In this document: one piece after another, positions 57,408-64,000 of the stretch
How the letters are laid out: each line of letters starts with the position of its first letter
How positions within the stretch are numbered: position 1 is the first letter of the stretch
Assembly: GCA_964016885.1 (NCBI GenBank)
Contig: OZ024744.1
Coordinates: forward strand, 82,956,001-83,020,000
Source of the DNA: Eledone cirrhosa
Lineage: Eukaryota
DNA: 64,000 nt
Direction of reading: 5' to 3'
Position numbers and translations under genes: made by a program
The notes under the pieces: model-generated
Told to the model about the DNA's origin: nothing
Database searches by the model: none
The model's input: only the letters and a program-made list of their open reading frames with translations

Positions 57408-57441
57408 ATTCCTTTCAACTAAACTGTATCCATTCAAATCT

Positions 57442-57475
<34 letters not shown>

Positions 57476-58151
57476 GTGCAGAAATTTAAATGTTGAAGTT
57501 CTTCACAGAAAGTGAGTATTTAATAGACAGTGTAAAATATAATGCTTCTTCACGCGACTAAACTTTTACGCCACAATGATCATCAGGCGAGAGAAGTACT
57601 TCTCCCCTGACTATAACTTTGGCGTGAATGGTATGTTTCACGGAAAAGAATTTAGTTTATACATAATAAATCTACCCAACTAATTCTATGTATGTATGCA
57701 TGTATCTATGTGTGTATGTACGTATATATTTATGTAGACAAACACTCACATACACACATACACACACACACGTATATATATATTGAAAATTGCAAACTTG
57801 ACTGTCACCACAGAATATGAACCTGAACATTGCAAAACCATGAAAGTACTTGTTCAATTAACACTTAACATTTAATATTCTACCATACTATTTCATTCTA
57901 ATACCATTATAATTTTAAAGGATTGTAAATAAAACGAGTAAATCAGACAAAGTTCGAATTCCTTTTATTACTATATATATATGTATACATATATAAATAC
58001 ATGTACATATATATACAAACACGCATCTATATATGCATATAGAATTAAACTGCATTTTTATGCACTTCTAAAATTGTTGCCCCCTGAACTCGTCAGGTGA
58101 AAACAGCACACCCGCATTCAGGAATTTACAATACATATATATATGTATATA

Positions 58152-58205
<54 letters not shown>

Positions 58206-58388
58206 CAAATATATATACATATAAATATATATTGTGCATGTTAACATATATATCTATATATATATGTATATATATGTATATATATGTATATATATGTATA
58301 TATATATATATATATATGCATGTATATTTGTTAAGTGTTTATGTATCTGTATGTGCCAGGCTCTGATGCGTCTATCTATATGTGTAAA

Positions 58389-58428
<40 letters not shown>

Positions 58429-58479
58429 TGTGTGTGTGTGTGTGTGCGCGTGTGCGTGCGTGTGTGTGTGTGTGTGTGT

Positions 58480-58565
<86 letters not shown>

Positions 58566-58908
58566 TTTGTACTGCTTTAATTTGAAAATTATTTTTTATT
58601 CTGACAAATATTGATTTTTCCTTTGAGAATACATGTGTTTTGCATCTGAAATGTTTTTGATATTTCATTTAGTACTTGCGCTACTTTGATTTATACACAT
58701 ATATTCTTTTACGAAGACAAACACACACATACACAAACATGTGTATATACACATTTATATATATATATACACACACAGATATATGCATATATATATATGC
58801 ATGAATATATATATATATATATATATACAAATATATATATATACATATATATATACATATATATATATGTATATATATATATTCATATATATATGCATAT
58901 ATATCTAT

Positions 58909-58999
<91 letters not shown>

Positions 59000-59014
59000 T
59001 ATATATATGCATAT

Positions 59015-59045
<31 letters not shown>

Positions 59046-59109
59046 TATTTATATATAAACACACACATGAATATATATATATATATATATTTATTTATTT
59101 ATATATGTG

Positions 59110-59156
<47 letters not shown>

Positions 59157-59180
59157 TTATATCTGTATATAACACATACT

Positions 59181-59222
<42 letters not shown>

Positions 59223-59443
59223 GAGCGACGCTTAGGCATGATTGAATGCTTAAGAACCTCACTCCACAACCACTGGCTTCTGGGATCACTCATGTCGCGT
59301 GGCATCTCCGGTAAGAAGTTTCTACTTCTACGTTTCGTTTGACGAATGCCATCATGTTAATGGTAGACGGAAGCTACCACGCACACACAGACGCACACAC
59401 AGACGCACACACAGACACACACACACTCACACACAAACACACA

Positions 59444-59496
<53 letters not shown>

Positions 59497-59880
59497 ACGA
59501 TGGACTCTTCCGTCGATATCCGACGTTTGAGTGTCCAACAAAATTTCCCGCAAAAGACTGGCGGAAATGTGCCAAAGTAAACTGATGTTGAACTACCCAC
59601 ACAAAGTTTTGTTTTAAGTGGTGAAGGCTTGTGTAGGACCAATCACACTTGAACTGACGATAGAGCAAACGTTAGCCACGGAAAATACAACGACAGCTCT
59701 CAGTTTTTTATGCCTCAGAGTTTAGATACTATTTGGATGGCCGTTGATTCTGCTGAGTTCCTTCGCCCTTTGCCGGGTCTTTTATTTCATCCCGCAGGGT
59801 GTCCAAATATCACCCTCCTCACCAAACAAGCTGGGTGGGGTTACCGGTTTTGTCGCCGACGACCCGACCATGAGACAGGT

Positions 59881-59939
<59 letters not shown>

Positions 59940-59951
59940 AGAGAGAGAGAT

Positions 59952-59999
<48 letters not shown>

Positions 60000-60191
60000 A
60001 GCGAAGCAGTTTCAGATGTTAAAGTCCTTTAATGATCAATGATCATTAAATGACTTTAACATCTGAAACTGCTTAGTTTTTTCTTATTCGATATATACTC
60101 CGTCACTCCTAAGTGGAAAAAGTACGTTGAGTGCTTGAATTGAATTGCATCAATATTTACCTTAAGTATATATATATATATATATAGATAG

Positions 60192-60344
<153 letters not shown>

Positions 60345-60437
60345 TATATGCATATATATAAATAAATATATATATATATACATGTGTGTGTTTATATATA
60401 TATATGTATATATATATATTCATATATATATATATGT

Positions 60438-61027
60438 GGTGGCTGCCAACTCGTTTTCGAGTACGGCCACTACTTTATATCCATGTAGGAGAACCCCTAC
60501 CGATGCGCTGAACGAGTGTGACTTTTTAGTCCAGCCAGCGACTTGAAAACTCTGGTACAAACACTACACTTGTGACAATTACTGACACATAGTGCTGGGC
60601 CCATGGTACCATGTGACGACAAGTGCAGAGAGATCTCCAGATATAAAGCAATGCCTGTGCCGTGAAGCTTTTATAGTGAGCAAAGGCACTGCACAAAGCC
60701 AGTCCCACTCTCTTAACCAAGATGATATTTACCAAAAAGAAGAACAAGTCAACATCATTGGATACCATCAGGGTTGCAGGTGTTATATCAGAGTTTTCCT
60801 TCTCCTAGAATTCTGCCTTGACAAAGGCTAAGGGGTCATCTCTCCCGGTGATTTTGGATGGCCATTGACTCTTAAGAGCTCCTTTGCCCTTTGACAGGTT
60901 TTGTTTTTAGTCCTGCAGGATGTCCAAAGTCACCCTCCTCACCAAGAAACCTTGGTGGGGTTGCCAGTTTAGTCGCCAACGACCCGACCATGGGACAGGT
61001 TGTACTGGGATACATGTTACCAGTAGC
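60438..61027 (-). mobile_element. Non-autonomous RTE-like bipartite element (longest copy)
   Basis: RTE-like 5' region joined to a C2H2-encoding 3' end with a terminal hairpin. (TA)n on both sides. Near-identical to 25383-25818. Confidence 0.72.
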
Positions 61028-61061
61028 TTATATATATATGTATATATATATAAACACACAC

Positions 61062-61162
<101 letters not shown>

Positions 61163-61170
61163 AATATTCA

Positions 61171-61211
<41 letters not shown>

Positions 61212-62094
61212 GTGTGTGTGTGTATATATATATATAAATGTGTATATATACATGTTTGTGTATGTGTGTGTTTGTCTTCGTAAAAGAATATATGTGTATA
61301 AATCAAAGTATATATATATATATATATATACATACATGATAGAGAGGCCCCCGTCGAAAACCACATGTGAGTGTTCAACAGAAGATAGAGGAAAAGCTGC
61401 TTCAAGAAAAGAAGCAGTTGGTGGATTTCAGCGAAGAAAATGTTTCAACGTTATTTCGTTTGTTGAGCAAGCATGTGTAATTTCTGGAATGTAGCATTTT
61501 AAAGGGATGGTAACAGGTTTTCAGGAACGATATGAGTCCTGAGATAACTGTTTAGCCTAGCATTTGACCTAGCTGAAAGTTTGCAATAAAAACATTGAGA
61601 AATTTTATGAAAGGGTTTATGTTAATAATTGTCTTCGATTCACATATAACTGGTCTTGATGACAAATACGTTCTTCTTCTTCAAAGTTAACAAACTTCAT
61701 ATGGCATTGCTTTCTCCACTCACTCCTATTATTGGCTACATTTTCCCAGCTGTTAGTATTCATATTCGAACGTTTCACATGTGTTTATCTGTGTGTGTGT
61801 CCGTAACTTAGCGGTTTGAGAAAAAGGAGATCTAATTGCAGATCTGAATAATAAATACTTACATCGATTTGATTATAAACCAAAGAATAGAGCATATCCA
61901 ATCCATAACGTGGAAGTTGAGAATATTTCTACTAACAGATGAAGTTCCCGGGAGGTTTAAAAGGAAAACACATTTATGTCATCAGATGGAGAAAATTAAA
62001 ATAAAATGTGGAATGGCCATATTCGTATGGGAGCTGCACTAGTTTATACACACACACACACACACACACACGAACACACACGCACACTCACACG

Positions 62095-62127
<33 letters not shown>

Positions 62128-62196
62128 TTATCTATAAATGAAAAGTATAGAAATTGTTTTAGCGTGAAGCTAATAGTATTCTATAACATATATTTA

Positions 62197-63708
<1,512 letters not shown>

Positions 63709-63906
63709 AATATATATATATAACGAAGGAAGTGGGTAAATACCTAGTTGGACCATAACGCACCAAAGTACTCGATACTTGGTAGTAGAGTGGGTAATAG
63801 GAAAAGTGTCAGGACCCCGTTTGAGCTCCGGCCATTTCGACATAGAACTCAGACCTAGCTGTTGAAACGACCGGAGCTCAGCCGTCGGGATCCTGACACT
63901 TTTCAT

Positions 63907-63945
<39 letters not shown>

Positions 63946-64000
63946 CTCTCTCTCTCTTTCTCTCTCTCTATATATATAAGGATTACCGTAAAACTAATCG

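Noticed and set aside
60850-61027. HDV-like or twister ribozyme in the RTE-like 5' region
   Set aside because: Several hairpins and a CTAA-actgg segment are suggestive, but I could not build the nested double pseudoknot by hand. It needs a covariance-model search.

Overview
AT-rich, microsatellite-saturated eukaryotic (animal) intergenic or intronic DNA. The tRNA-derived SINE and the repeat landscape resemble octopod cephalopod genomes (inference from recall, not a search). No host protein-coding exon, rRNA, intact tRNA or CRISPR array can be supported, and most ORFs in the track are microsatellite read-through. The window is a nested collection of retroelements: R4/Dong-type RLE LINE remnants, several Tx1/L1-clade LINE copies, an RTE remnant, a young internally deleted RTE-like element with a C2H2 micro-ORF, tRNA-derived SINEs, non-autonomous Helitron-like elements and many Penelope-like elements (PLEs). 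The main signal missed by the ORF track is about 20 hammerhead-ribozyme (HHR) motifs read by eye in PLE terminal repeats. They include a three-copy family with a U3-A8 covariant core, a tandem 446-bp retrozyme-like unit, and repeated fold-back inversions inside HHR stem II. All structures were folded manually, and coordinates may be off by a few bases.
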